Source: Candidatus Rariloculaceae bacterium
Lineage (GTDB): Bacteria; Pseudomonadota; Gammaproteobacteria; Steroidobacterales; Rariloculaceae
DNA length: 64,000 bases
Direction: 5' to 3'
Assembly: GCA_965237785.1 (NCBI GenBank)
Contig: OZ250159.1
Span: forward strand, 117,791-181,790
How positions within the stretch are numbered: position 1 is the first letter of the stretch; the number at the start of each line of letters is the position of its first letter. This document shows positions 29,229 to 39,098 of the stretch, piece by piece. The position numbers and the translations under genes are program-made. The notes beneath the pieces were generated by a model, which was not told the origin of the DNA, made no database searches, and was given only the letters and a program-made list of their open reading frames with translations.

Positions 29229-29918
29229 CTACACGGCCGCGGCTGAGTTCAGGCGCCCCTTGTCCAGGTGCAGCTCCCGCCCGGCGCGCTCCGCGGCCCT
29301 GGGATCGTGGGTGACCATGACGATGGTTTTGCCGAACTCCTCGTTGAGTTGAGCCAGCAGGTCCAGAATCTCCTGGGCGCTGGTGGCATCGAGATCGCCG
29401 GTGGGTTCATCGGCGAGTACCAGGCGCGGGTCGGTGACGATCGCGCGGGCAATGGCCACCCGCTGTTCCTGTCCCCCGGAGAGTTGCCGCGGGTAGTGAT
29501 CCTTGCGGTCCGCCAAGCCGACCACGCGCAAGGCAAGATCGACTTTTTTTCGGCGTGCGGCTCGGGAGAGTTTCGTCAGCGTCAGCGGCAGCTCCAGGTT
29601 CTCGAACGCGGTGAGCACGGGAATCAAGTGGTAGAACTGGAAGATGAAGCCCACGTTACGTTGCCGCCACCCGGCGAGTTGACTGTCGTTGAGGCCGCTC
29701 AGTTCCTTCCCGGCGACGCGGATGCGCCCGGACGTTGGGCGATCGATGCCCGCGAGCAGATTGAGCAGGGTGCTCTTGCCGGACCCCGACGGCCCCATCA
29801 ACGCGACGAATTCGCCTTTAGCGACATCGAGCGAGACGCCGGCCAATACCTTGATATTGAACGCGTCGCGCCGATAGTTCTTGGTGACATCGGATATCTC
29901 GACCAGTTTTTCAGACAT
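29229..29918 (-). CDS. ABC transporter ATP-binding protein (MacB/LolD-like)
   Basis: ORF 29229..30047 trimmed to [15 protein letters not shown] (ATG 29918). Has Walker [10 protein letters not shown], signature LSGGQEQR and Walker [13 protein letters not shown]. Confidence 0.9.
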   Translation of the reverse strand: MSEKLVEISDVTKNYRRDAFNIKVLAGVSLDVAKGEFVALMGPSGSGKSTLLNLLAGIDRPTSGRIRVAGKELSGLNDSQLAGWRQRNVGFIFQFYHLIPVLTAFENLELPLTLTKLSRAARRKKVDLALRVVGLADRKDHYPRQLSGGQEQRVAIARAIVTDPRLVLADEPTGDLDATSAQEILDLLAQLNEEFGKTIVMVTHDPRAAERAGRELHLDKGRLNSAAAV

Positions 29919-30060
29919 GCAGGGCGCTCCTGATTCGCCAACAATCCAGGTTCCGCAATGCCCCGCAGAGCGGGCCAAGTTGCCCCCGCGCCAGCGGGCG
30001 GCACGGCGGTCTCGCCGTTGCGCATCGCCAGAAGCCAAACGGGGCATCGTATTCTAGCCC

Positions 30061-30258
30061 TCATGCAACCGGATTGCGCCACCTCAAACCTGTGAAGCGG
30101 GCGAAATCGGTGTCGTTCGAGTGCAGCTCCGCCTGATGCTCGATCGCCAGGGCCGCAAGATGCGCATCCGTGACCAGATTGGGACCCATGGGACCCGCCA
30201 ATAGTTCACTGAATATGTCTAATGGTCGCCTTGCTCCGGCCGGGGACCGGATGTAGGC
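30061..30258 (-). pseudogene. C-terminal fragment of a VapC (PIN-domain) toxin
   Basis: Hand translation of the minus strand gives ...DIFSELLAGPMGPNLVTDAHLAALAIEHQAELHSNDTDFARFTGLRWRNPVA*. This is the typical C-terminal half of VapC. Stops lie immediately upstream, and no N-terminal half or vapB is present. Confidence 0.55.
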
Positions 30259-30327
30259 TCAGCCAAAGAGCTACTCAATAAGAAACGTCTGCCGGCAACG
30301 CTGCTTCGTCGCAGTATCGGGGGAACC

Positions 30328-31326
30328 ATGGATCGAAGAAAATTTCTCAGGGACGCATCCTTCGCAGGCTTGGCGCTGGGAACGGCGCTGAGGCCCGGGA
30401 AGCATCTGCTCGCGCAAACGGCCATCAATCATCCCGGGCGCATCGACGTCCATCATCACTACCTGCCTCCGTTCCTGGATGGCCCCACGTGGCCCTGGTC
30501 GGCGGAGATCGCTCTTGGCGACATGGACAGGCATGAAGTCGCCACCGCGATCGTATCCGGCACGACGTTCCCCGAACCTCTGAATGACGGTACCGCGCAG
30601 GCGCGTGATCTGGCGCGGCGCGCCAACGAGTTCGCCGCCTCCCTGGGGCAGAATCATCCCGGTCGGTTCGGGTTTTTCTCGGCGGTGCCACTGGCCGACA
30701 CGGACGGCAGCCTGCGCGAGATCGAGTACGCGTTCGACACGCTGAACGCGGATGGCGTCACGATGAACTCCAGTGCCGCAAAGATGTGGCCGGGCGATCC
30801 TTCACAGATGCCGGTCTTCGAAGAACTCAATCGCCGCAAAACGACCGTGTTCCTGCACCCGAACACGACACCCCACTGCTGCTTGAACCCACCCGGAGTT
30901 CCCAACAACGTGGCCGAGTTCGACAACGACGTGAACCGGGCCGTACTGAGCCTGTTGTGGAACGGCGTGCTGACGAACTATCCCGACATCAATTTTATCG
31001 TCGCCCATACCGGGGGCACCGTGCCGGCGTTGGCGGGGCGTATTCAGGATCGTGTTCCGGAGGACCGGCCCGATCTTTATCCGCACGGGGCATTGGACAA
31101 GCTTCGGCGGCTGTACCTCGAGATCGGCCACGCGAGTTTCCCATGGGTTGTGGAAGGCGCGCTGGCGTTTTCGGGGCCCTCCAGGCTGTTATTCGGCACG
31201 GACTATCCGGTTGAGCCCCATGAGGTGACGACGCGGCATATTCCCGCGCTGGGGTTGCCGCCCGACGTTCTCTATGCGCTGAACAGGGGTAATGCCGAAC
31301 GGCTCTTTCCCAGATTTCGAGTCTGA
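30328..31326 (+). CDS. Tat-signal amidohydrolase-2 family protein (ACMSD-like metal-dependent hydrolase/decarboxylase)
   Basis: 332-aa ORF. Has a twin-arginine leader MDRRKFLRDASFAGLALG, and metal ligands IDVHHHY, FLHPN, VAHTGG and GTDYP. Confidence 0.75.
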   Translation: MDRRKFLRDASFAGLALGTALRPGKHLLAQTAINHPGRIDVHHHYLPPFLDGPTWPWSAEIALGDMDRHEVATAIVSGTTFPEPLNDGTAQARDLARRANEFAASLGQNHPGRFGFFSAVPLADTDGSLREIEYAFDTLNADGVTMNSSAAKMWPGDPSQMPVFEELNRRKTTVFLHPNTTPHCCLNPPGVPNNVAEFDNDVNRAVLSLLWNGVLTNYPDINFIVAHTGGTVPALAGRIQDRVPEDRPDLYPHGALDKLRRLYLEIGHASFPWVVEGALAFSGPSRLLFGTDYPVEPHEVTTRHIPALGLPPDVLYALNRGNAERLFPRFRV

Positions 31327-31389
31327 GTAACCGGCGTCGCGCGCCGAATTTCGCCGCGGCCCCTCGCCGCGTCAACCGCATTGCGCACC

Positions 31390-32586
31390 TCAGGTCCCGG
31401 CGACGCGGACGCGTTGCCCGTCCTTGAGCGCGTCCACGTCTCGGCTGACGATGGTCTCGCCGCCAGTGACCCCTTCGAGTATTTCAACGCGCCCGTCGGC
31501 CGACTCGCCCAGCACCACGCGCACGCGGCGCACGACGCCGTCATCGACGCGGAATACAAATGCTGCGCCGCCGGCAGTTTGCACGGCCTCATCCGGTACC
31601 AGCAGTTTGGGCGGCTGGACGAGTTCGGCCTCATCGACGCCTTCCTCCAGAAAAGTCACCGTGCAACTCATGTCCGGCACCAGCCTGAAGTCGCGGTTGT
31701 CGATGCTGACCTTGACCTGGACCACGGCCCTCTGCCGGTCCGCCGTGGGCACGATCTGCCGTAGCGTGCCGCTGTAGTCGAAGTCAGGGACGGCATCCAC
31801 ACGGATGCTGGCGGGCTGACCGAGGCGCAACCGCGCAATGTAGCTCTCGTTGATATCCGCTTCCACTTCAAGCGACGTCGGGTCCGCGATGCGCACGATC
31901 GAACCTGTGGACTGCTGGGACGTGAATCCGCCGGGCGCCACCATCTCGCCGATTTCGATGTTTCGTTCGATGATCACGCCGTCAATGGGCGCACGCACGA
32001 CGGTATAGTCCAAGATCGCCTCGGCCGATAGCAGGCGCGCCTCGGCCGTGCCCACCTGAGCCAGCGCGACGGCCCGCTGGGTCTCGGCGGAGTCGTATAA
32101 CGCCTGCGACGTCAGTTGTTCATCGACAAGGCTGGCTTGCCGGTCCAACTCCCGCGCGGCGTCAGCCAACCGCGCTCGTGCCTCGTTGAGCGAAGCCTCG
32201 GCCAGGCGTACCGATGCCGCGAGATCCTCGCTGTCGAGCACGGCGATGATGTCGCCCGCAGCCACGGTATCGCCTTCGTCCACGGGAAGTTCCACCACCC
32301 GGCCGATGATCTTGGCGCCCACCGCAGCACGGGCGCGGGCGTAGGTGTAGCCGGTTGCGGTCAACACGGTTGATGCCTGGGTGGGAGTGAGCACCTGAAC
32401 CCGGGTGGTTTCCACCTGGGGTAGCAACAGCGGGATCGGCAGACGGAATGCGAAGTAAACAGCGGCTGCAATCAGCGCTCCGCCCAGCAACCAGAACCAC
32501 CATCGCGCACGCCGGGGCGAGTAGTCATCCTCGCTCATCCGCAGCGCCGACAGGTCCGGCCGCTCGTCTTTGTTGCCTTCATTCAT
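31390..32586 (-). CDS. efflux periplasmic adaptor (HlyD/MacA-family membrane fusion protein)
   Basis: ORF 31390..32847 trimmed to MNEGNKDERPDL... (ATG 32586). Has an N-terminal TM, a lipoyl-like segment (VDEGDTVAAGDIIAVLD), a coiled-coil hairpin, and YTVVRAPIDGVI. Confidence 0.85.
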   Translation of the reverse strand: MNEGNKDERPDLSALRMSEDDYSPRRARWWFWLLGGALIAAAVYFAFRLPIPLLLPQVETTRVQVLTPTQASTVLTATGYTYARARAAVGAKIIGRVVELPVDEGDTVAAGDIIAVLDSEDLAASVRLAEASLNEARARLADAARELDRQASLVDEQLTSQALYDSAETQRAVALAQVGTAEARLLSAEAILDYTVVRAPIDGVIIERNIEIGEMVAPGGFTSQQSTGSIVRIADPTSLEVEADINESYIARLRLGQPASIRVDAVPDFDYSGTLRQIVPTADRQRAVVQVKVSIDNRDFRLVPDMSCTVTFLEEGVDEAELVQPPKLLVPDEAVQTAGGAAFVFRVDDGVVRRVRVVLGESADGRVEILEGVTGGETIVSRDVDALKDGQRVRVAGT

Positions 32587-32720
32587 GGCTAACTCTTTAC
32601 TCCCGTGAACCGCGGCGAAGTAGATTGTACTCACCGCCACGATGAGTGTGGCAGTATCCGCATAATTCAGCCGCGTGGGTACCTCGCGGCGATGTCCGAC
32701 CCTTGCCGGAGGAAAACGAC

Positions 32721-35270
32721 ATGAAGCACCCATTCCAGGTTCAATTCTTGCTGTGGCTGGCGCCGCTGACGTTGATCGCGCCGGTTTTCGCACAGGATGC
32801 CGACGAGGCCGAGGACGAGGACGACGATCGCGAGACGATTGCCGCACTCACCGAGAACAGTGACCGCTTCGACGGCTTGTTCACTCTCTACCGCGACCGT
32901 GACACCGGCGAGACGCACATGGCGATCATGCCGGAGCAGTTGGGTCGGGAGTATATCTACTTCGCCGTGAGTACCAACGGCGTGGTGGAGGGCGGACACT
33001 TCAGGGGTGGCTACCGGGAGAACCGAGTGTTCTCGCTATCGCGTCACTTCGATCGCATCGAAATTCGCGCCGAGAATGCCGCCTTCTACTTTGATCCCGA
33101 GAGCCCGCTGAGCCGCGCGGCCGATGCCAACATCAGCCCGGGTCTTGTGGCTTCGGAGCCAATTGCCGCCGAGGACGAGGACACCGGCGCCATGCTCATC
33201 GCCGTGGACGATCTGTTCGCCAGCGAAACGCTGGCGCAAGTCAAGGCCTCGCCGAATCCCGATCGCGGCGATCGGGACGAGTTCGAACTCGGCGACCTGA
33301 GCGGTGAGAAGAGCAAGATCACGGAAATCCGCAATTACCCGCTGAACACGGACGTGCAGGTTGAGTACGTCTACGAAAATTCCGCGCCCGTGGTTTCCGG
33401 CGATGCCGACGTGACCGATAGCCGTTACGTGAGCATTTTCATGCAGCACTCTCTGATCGAGATGCCGCGGAGCGACTACGAACCGCGATTCACCGACCAC
33501 CGCATGGGCTATTTCGCGGAGGAGGTCACGGATCTTACCGACGATACGGTGACGCCGTTTCGCGACCTGGTGCAGCGCTGGCACCTGGTCAAGCGCGACC
33601 CCTCGGCCGCGATATCCGAACCGGTCGAACCCATCGTCTGGTGGATCGAGAACACCACCCCGATGGAATTTCGCGAATCGATTCGCGAGGGCGTCCTCGC
33701 CTGGAATCTGTCGTTCGAAAAAATCGGCTTCCGCAACGCCTTGGAGGTACGGGTACAGCCCGATGACGCGAATTGGGATGCCGGCGATATCCGCTACAAC
33801 GTGCTGCGCTGGACGTCATCTCCGAACCCGCCGTTTTCCGGTTACGGGCCGTCGTTCACGAATCCGCGCACCGGACAGATCATCGGCGCGGACATCATGC
33901 TGGAGTACTCCGGCGTGACGCGGCGCGTGCATTACCAGCGCATCCTCGACAATCTGGACAACTCGCAAGTGCCGGCGCGCCTTGAGCCCGGCTACTGCTC
34001 CTTCGGGCACGAACTGCACCTGAGCCAGGTCTTCGGCCGATTCGCCGTGGACGCCCTGCAGATGGGTGCCGCGGCGGAAGAACAGTTGGTCCATGAATTT
34101 CTCGTCGATCTCGTATTGCACGAGGTGGGGCACACTCTGGGCTTTGCGCACAACTTCGCGGCATCCAACATGCTGGCGCTGGACGAGATCTACGACCCGG
34201 AGTTGGTTGCAGAGCGGAGTTTGCAAGCATCGGTGATGGACTACACCGACATCCATATTGCCACGGGAGGGCGCGAGCAGACGGCGTATTTCGGGATCAA
34301 GCCCGGTGCGTATGACGACTGGATCGTTGAATACAGCTATTCGGCCGCGTCGGCCGATGCCGAGACTGAGGAGGAGCGGTTGCGCGCGATCGCGAACCGT
34401 TCAACCGAAGCGCAATTGCTTTTCGGCACCGACGATCACGTCATGCGCGCCCCGGGCTGGGCGATGGACCCGCGCGTGCACTGGTACGATCTGACCAGCG
34501 ATCCGGTGGGTTATGCCGAGGATCGATTGAACCTGATCGAGGAGTTGCTGAGTACCGCCAGAGAGAAGAATTCCACTGAAGGCGAGTCGTATCACCAGTT
34601 GCGGGACGCCTACGCGGTCATGCTGTCCCAGTTCTCTCGCTCCATCGGCGTGCTGACGCACCAGATCGGCGGCGTCTACGTGAATCGTTCCGTGGTCGGC
34701 CAGCCCGGCGCCGATGTGCCCTTCCTGCCCGTCAGCCTGGAGAACCAGCAACAGGCCATGGACGGGCTGGCGAACCACTTGTTCTCTCCCGGCGCGCTCG
34801 AGAGCTCGCATGAGTTGTACGGTTACCTGCAGGCGCAGCGCCGGCTGTGGGATTTCTGGGGCGATACGGAGGATCCGAAGGTCCATCGTATGTTGCTGTC
34901 GATCCAGCGCGGCGTGCTCGCCCACCTGTTGCACCCGACCGTGATGACGCGTATCACCGACTCGCGCCTCTACGGTAACGAATACGCGCTGCCGGACATG
35001 ATGGAGGATCTTACGGCTGCCATATTCGACGCCGACAGACGCGGCGACGTCAACACCTTTCGCCAGAACCTGCAGGTCGAGTACGTGACCAGGTTGACCG
35101 ATATCGTCAATGGTGACGACCATGACTACCCGTCGCAATCGATGGCGCTATACCAGTTGCGGCAGGTGGAACAAATGTTGCGGGGCAAGCGCGGCGGCAA
35201 CCTGGAGACCCGGGCACACACCCAGAATATCTTGTACATTATCCGCAGGGCCCTGGAAGAGGACGCTTAG
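32721..35270 (+). CDS. secreted zinc-dependent metalloprotease (large, DUF4953/DUF5117-type as I recall)
   Basis: ORF 32646..35270 trimmed to MKHPFQVQFLLWLAPLTLIAPVFAQD (signal peptide). Has the HExxH site LVLHEVGHTLGFAHNF. Confidence 0.75.
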   Translation: MKHPFQVQFLLWLAPLTLIAPVFAQDADEAEDEDDDRETIAALTENSDRFDGLFTLYRDRDTGETHMAIMPEQLGREYIYFAVSTNGVVEGGHFRGGYRENRVFSLSRHFDRIEIRAENAAFYFDPESPLSRAADANISPGLVASEPIAAEDEDTGAMLIAVDDLFASETLAQVKASPNPDRGDRDEFELGDLSGEKSKITEIRNYPLNTDVQVEYVYENSAPVVSGDADVTDSRYVSIFMQHSLIEMPRSDYEPRFTDHRMGYFAEEVTDLTDDTVTPFRDLVQRWHLVKRDPSAAISEPVEPIVWWIENTTPMEFRESIREGVLAWNLSFEKIGFRNALEVRVQPDDANWDAGDIRYNVLRWTSSPNPPFSGYGPSFTNPRTGQIIGADIMLEYSGVTRRVHYQRILDNLDNSQVPARLEPGYCSFGHELHLSQVFGRFAVDALQMGAAAEEQLVHEFLVDLVLHEVGHTLGFAHNFAASNMLALDEIYDPELVAERSLQASVMDYTDIHIATGGREQTAYFGIKPGAYDDWIVEYSYSAASADAETEEERLRAIANRSTEAQLLFGTDDHVMRAPGWAMDPRVHWYDLTSDPVGYAEDRLNLIEELLSTAREKNSTEGESYHQLRDAYAVMLSQFSRSIGVLTHQIGGVYVNRSVVGQPGADVPFLPVSLENQQQAMDGLANHLFSPGALESSHELYGYLQAQRRLWDFWGDTEDPKVHRMLLSIQRGVLAHLLHPTVMTRITDSRLYGNEYALPDMMEDLTAAIFDADRRGDVNTFRQNLQVEYVTRLTDIVNGDDHDYPSQSMALYQLRQVEQMLRGKRGGNLETRAHTQNILYIIRRALEEDA

Positions 35271-35319
35271 CCGGAATACATTTCAGGGTTCCCGCACAAA
35301 CAACATCAGGGGAAAAATC

Positions 35320-36372
35320 ATGAGCCGATTGCCATTCCTGGCCGCCGTCCTGGTCGCCGTGCCGTCACTGGTCCTGGGACAGGACGTTGTGCCCTTCAAG
35401 CTTGGAACGTTCGAGGACGGTGGCGAGCAATACCTGGGCCTCGTTCTCGACGATACGCGTGTTGCCCACATCGTCCAGGCCAACGAGGCGCTTGGCGGCG
35501 AGCGCCCTGCGATGCCGGCGAACATGACGGATCTCATCGTTCGATATGATGAGTTGGCGCCTCGCCTGCGCGCGATCGCAGCCGCGGAAGCGTCCGATTC
35601 GGACGCCGCGTACGTCAAGGACGTAAGCGACGTTAACGTGCTGCCGCCCATGCGGCCGCACATCATCTACAACGCGGCGTCGAACTACCCGCTGCACTCC
35701 GCCGAGATGTCAGGACGTCCGGGGGAGATTGTCGAGGGGCCGATTCCGGATCCGATTCCGGGTATCTGGGAACGTACGCCGAATGACCGCAGGCAAAACC
35801 CCTATATCTTCCTCAAGATGGCCAATACGATCATCGCGGACGGTGAGGCGATCCGCGTCCCGCCCGAGCGCTCGAATGTGGATTGGGAGTGCGAGTTGGC
35901 GGTAGTGATCGGGACACCGGCGAGCCGGGTCGCGGTCGCGGACGCCGAAGAGTACATCTTCGGCTACACGCTCGAGAACGACGTCTCGGATCGAGGCGGT
36001 CGCGGCGATGGCCGGATGGGAACGGATTGGTTCCTGCAGAAGAACCACGACACGTTTGCACCGCTCGGACCCTTCATCGTTCCAAAGGAGTTCGTGCCCG
36101 AGCCGATGAATCTCAGGCAGACCTTGACGTTGAGCGGCAACGTGATGCAGGACTCAAACACCGGCCGCATGACCCACGATATCTACGATCTGTTGAGCTA
36201 TGTCTCCCACATCGCCACGATGCAGCCGGGCGATATCTACGCGATGGGCAGTCCTTCGGGAGTCGGCACCGCCCGCGAGACGCCGATCTACATGCAGCCG
36301 GGCGATACCGCCGTGTGCGAGATCGAGAGCATCGGAACGCTAACCAATCCGGTGGTCGGTTCGGAGGGATAG
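35320..36372 (+). CDS. fumarylacetoacetate hydrolase (FAH) family protein with an N-terminal signal-peptide-like sequence
   Basis: ORF 35110..36372 trimmed to MSRLPFLAAVLVAVPSLVLGQD (ATG 35320). FAH-fold C-terminal domain (WECELAVVIG, FGYTLENDVSDR, GDIYAMGSPSGVG). Confidence 0.75.
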   Translation: MSRLPFLAAVLVAVPSLVLGQDVVPFKLGTFEDGGEQYLGLVLDDTRVAHIVQANEALGGERPAMPANMTDLIVRYDELAPRLRAIAAAEASDSDAAYVKDVSDVNVLPPMRPHIIYNAASNYPLHSAEMSGRPGEIVEGPIPDPIPGIWERTPNDRRQNPYIFLKMANTIIADGEAIRVPPERSNVDWECELAVVIGTPASRVAVADAEEYIFGYTLENDVSDRGGRGDGRMGTDWFLQKNHDTFAPLGPFIVPKEFVPEPMNLRQTLTLSGNVMQDSNTGRMTHDIYDLLSYVSHIATMQPGDIYAMGSPSGVGTARETPIYMQPGDTAVCEIESIGTLTNPVVGSEG

Positions 36373-36442
36373 CCCGCGACTCTCACCGGTTTCCTGCTGC
36401 AGCCACCGGTCCGCCCCGATTGGCGGCGCGTCTTGGCGTGGC

Positions 36443-36916
36443 TTATGGAAAGCCGATCAATCTCCCTCCGAGAGAAACGCTGAACCATAGCGACAGCGAC
36501 GTAAGGGCTACCAGGGCGCGCTTCGGTCCGGCGATCATTGGGTCCGACAAGGCACGCCGGCGAATCGTGAACGTGAACACGAGCACCGATCCGAGGGACG
36601 CCAGCTTTATCCAGAACGGCGTCAGGTAGTAGTACTTGGTCGCGAAGCACATGAACAGCCAGGGTCCGGTCAGCAGCATGATGGCGATGCCGGTCAGCAG
36701 CAACGGTTCGGCGCCGCGAGCGAGTTGCGGTACGGGCCGACGGGTCAGGCCCAGGCCCAGCAGGCGAAGGTCGACCACCAGCACGGCGCCACCGATGATC
36801 GCGAGGCCAAGCAGGTGAAGCGTCGCGATCACGGGAAAGAGCCACGGCGAGCTGCGCATCTCGATGAGCAGCGGCGAGTGTTCCAGCCAGTAGAAGATCT
36901 CCAGCAGCGACATCAT
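36443..36916 (-). CDS. 4-TM membrane protein, tandem paralog B (DUF6644-like, name from memory)
   Basis: 157-aa ORF, MMSLLEIFYWLEHSPLLIEMRSSPWLFPVIATLHLLGLAIIGGAVLVVDLRLLGL. Collinear with the upstream paralog (..LEFCQWLEATP...ILAMHVLTLGLFFGTALIVDLRLLGL). Confidence 0.65.
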   Translation of the reverse strand: MMSLLEIFYWLEHSPLLIEMRSSPWLFPVIATLHLLGLAIIGGAVLVVDLRLLGLGLTRRPVPQLARGAEPLLLTGIAIMLLTGPWLFMCFATKYYYLTPFWIKLASLGSVLVFTFTIRRRALSDPMIAGPKRALVALTSLSLWFSVSLGGRLIGFP

Positions 36917-37416
36917 TCAAACCAGTACTGCTGATAGGGAATCATGCGACCGGCGACGAGCATGCCGACCCAGAGCATCAGCGTCAGCCCGCCGGCAACA
37001 CGTGCCGCGGTGGGCGGGACAGGGTCTGAATCCCATTCGTCGATCCGTCGTCCAACACTCCGGTAAAACAGCCATACCGTGATTCCGGCGACGAGCAGCA
37101 TCCCCATCTTGGCGCGAAAGAACAGGTTGACGTACTTGTCTACCGGCGCGGCATAGAACATGAGCGACCCGCTGGCGGCCATCAGCAAGAAACCGCCGGT
37201 GGTCCACGGCAGCAGTTGCGACAGGAATTCCGATACCGGCACGCGCCGCATCGCGAGGCCCAGAAGGCGCAGATCGACGATCAACGCCGTCCCGAAGAAT
37301 AAGCCGAGCGTGAGGACGTGCATGGCCAGAATCGAGAGGTAGAAATAGTGCGACTCGCGCAAGGCAATGCTGGCCGGCGTCGCCTCCAACCATTGGCAGA
37401 ATTCAAGCAATGACAC
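36913..37416 (-). CDS. 4-TM membrane protein, tandem paralog A (DUF6644-like)
   Basis: 167-aa ORF. Its stop overlaps the start of paralog B. Shares the DLRLLGL motif with it. Confidence 0.65.
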   Translation of the reverse strand: MSLLEFCQWLEATPASIALRESHYFYLSILAMHVLTLGLFFGTALIVDLRLLGLAMRRVPVSEFLSQLLPWTTGGFLLMAASGSLMFYAAPVDKYVNLFFRAKMGMLLVAGITVWLFYRSVGRRIDEWDSDPVPPTAARVAGGLTLMLWVGMLVAGRMIPYQQYWFE

Positions 37417-37505
37417 CGCTCATCAAGCTTCTTCTGCGAGGCGAGATTAAGTGGGCAAATGTTGCCCGCAGGCGCCCACGGTTGCAGATTGGTGACCGAC
37501 GCGGG

Positions 37506-37937
37506 CTAATGATCGCCGTCGGGTCGCGGGTTGCCGTCGGCGCCGGGCGCCGAACCGCCCATGAACACCTTTCGGCCATCCAGATATTCGAAGAATACCG
37601 CTACGCCCTTGTTCTCACCGCTCTTTGCCTGATAGGCGAAGACCTTGATCTCCGATCCCACCGGCAACGTATCCCTGGTCAGGCCGTGCCTGAATAGATT
37701 GACCGGCGGTCCGCCTTCGAAGCCCCAGTTGGTGACGGAGCCGTCGTCGTTGGTTACGTCCACCCACAGCCAGGAGTGCGGATTGGTCAACTCCACCTTT
37801 GTGACAACGCCCTGCATGTTGAGCGGCGCGGTTTCGTCGTACGCCGCCGCGAACGAGTGGTGCGCCGCCGCGGTCCCGGCAGTGAGCCAAGCCGCGATGC
37901 CCGCGATCGTCAGGGCCAGTCCGAGTACTTTCTTCAT
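37506..37937 (-). CDS. small secreted protein (DUF6152-like, name from memory); predicted mature N-terminus His-His
   Basis: 143-aa ORF. Signal peptide MKKVLGLALTIAGIAAWLTAGTAAA, then HHSFAAAYDETAPLNMQGVVTKVELTNPHSWLWVDV. Confidence 0.65.
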   Translation of the reverse strand: MKKVLGLALTIAGIAAWLTAGTAAAHHSFAAAYDETAPLNMQGVVTKVELTNPHSWLWVDVTNDDGSVTNWGFEGGPPVNLFRHGLTRDTLPVGSEIKVFAYQAKSGENKGVAVFFEYLDGRKVFMGGSAPGADGNPRPDGDH

Positions 37938-37954
37938 GATTCGCTCCCCTGTCG

Positions 37955-39070
37955 TTACTCGGTCTCCTGAGTGGCCCGATACTCCGCCGCCCGGACTCTG
38001 GCCCCTCTAAGAACGTTGATGATGCCATAGTTCTGTTCGTGGCAGGCGAATTCGAACAACCCCGGCGGATCCATCATTGGCCAGGGGATCTCGATGCTCC
38101 AGGGGGTCTCCCATGTGGTGGGATCCGTGATCGTGGCTTCGTAGAGTAGCGTGTCGTCCGCGACGCGGGTGAGCCGTTCCTCAAGATGGAGATTTTCGTC
38201 GGAGCCGTCCCATTTGCGGTTCTTGTGGAAATTCGTCGTTTCGATGACCAGGGTGTCGCCCTCCCATCGCGCGCGCGAGTCCCCGAGATAGCCGCGCACC
38301 GAATCCGGAGCATGAGGTGAACCGTCGAGGTGCAAGATTCGCACATCGCTGTTGGCCTGGGTGAGGAGAATCACGGCTTCGGGCGTCTGCACGATCTGGG
38401 ACTGACCGGTATTCTGCCGAAACGGCACTCGTGGCGGTCCCTGGTTGCCCTGAATGCAGCGCTCGTATAGTCCCCGGGATTCGAGCGTATGCCGGCGCGC
38501 CTGTTCCTGGAGACGCGCTTGGCCTTCAGGCGTCAGCGGCGGGACCTTGCCGTCGGGGGGATCCACGACAAGCGACGTTCTGAGATTCGGCCGGATCGGG
38601 CTCTGCCAGTTATCCATCCCGAACTCGGTCCAGTCATAGTGCACGGTGGCCGGGTCCACCGAAGCGTCCCGGGTCGCCCAACGGATGAACGCCGTGATGG
38701 CTTCGTCTTCGGTATATAGCGCCGTTCCCGCCAACTCATCGGGGCGTTCCAGCGGCACGTAGGCCACGTTCAGCCAGTAGCCGGCCAGATCCGGATCGCC
38801 CCACGGCGTTCGCGGCGGCTCCCCCCGCGGTGCGTTGGGATCCCAGATTCGCTGGGTGGATTCCTCCATGAACGCCTCGGCTTCTTCCCTGAAGTAGGCG
38901 TAGGTCGAATCGGACGTGTGCGGGGACGCGGCCCGGGCCGCCTCAACGGTCTCTTGAGATTGCTGGTTGATCAGGGCCGATGGCGGCGGAGATTGGCCGC
39001 TCGCCGGGAACGCCGCTAGCGCGGCGATGACGGAGGTCAGCGCAACGCCGAGGGAAGTTCCATTCATCAT
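37955..39070 (-). CDS. secreted protein of unknown function, paralog of 39099..40010
   Basis: ORF 37955..39133 trimmed to MMNGTSLGVALTSVIAALAAFPASG. Shares with its neighbour WEGDTLVIETTNF / WEGNTLVVDVQGF. Also shares LHLEERLTRV..YEATITDPTTWETPWS / LHVVERWTPV..YEATIEDPNVFTRPWN. Confidence 0.65.
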   Translation of the reverse strand: MMNGTSLGVALTSVIAALAAFPASGQSPPPSALINQQSQETVEAARAASPHTSDSTYAYFREEAEAFMEESTQRIWDPNAPRGEPPRTPWGDPDLAGYWLNVAYVPLERPDELAGTALYTEDEAITAFIRWATRDASVDPATVHYDWTEFGMDNWQSPIRPNLRTSLVVDPPDGKVPPLTPEGQARLQEQARRHTLESRGLYERCIQGNQGPPRVPFRQNTGQSQIVQTPEAVILLTQANSDVRILHLDGSPHAPDSVRGYLGDSRARWEGDTLVIETTNFHKNRKWDGSDENLHLEERLTRVADDTLLYEATITDPTTWETPWSIEIPWPMMDPPGLFEFACHEQNYGIINVLRGARVRAAEYRATQETE

Positions 39071-39098
39071 ATCGGCCCGTTCCGTCTCGACTACCTCG

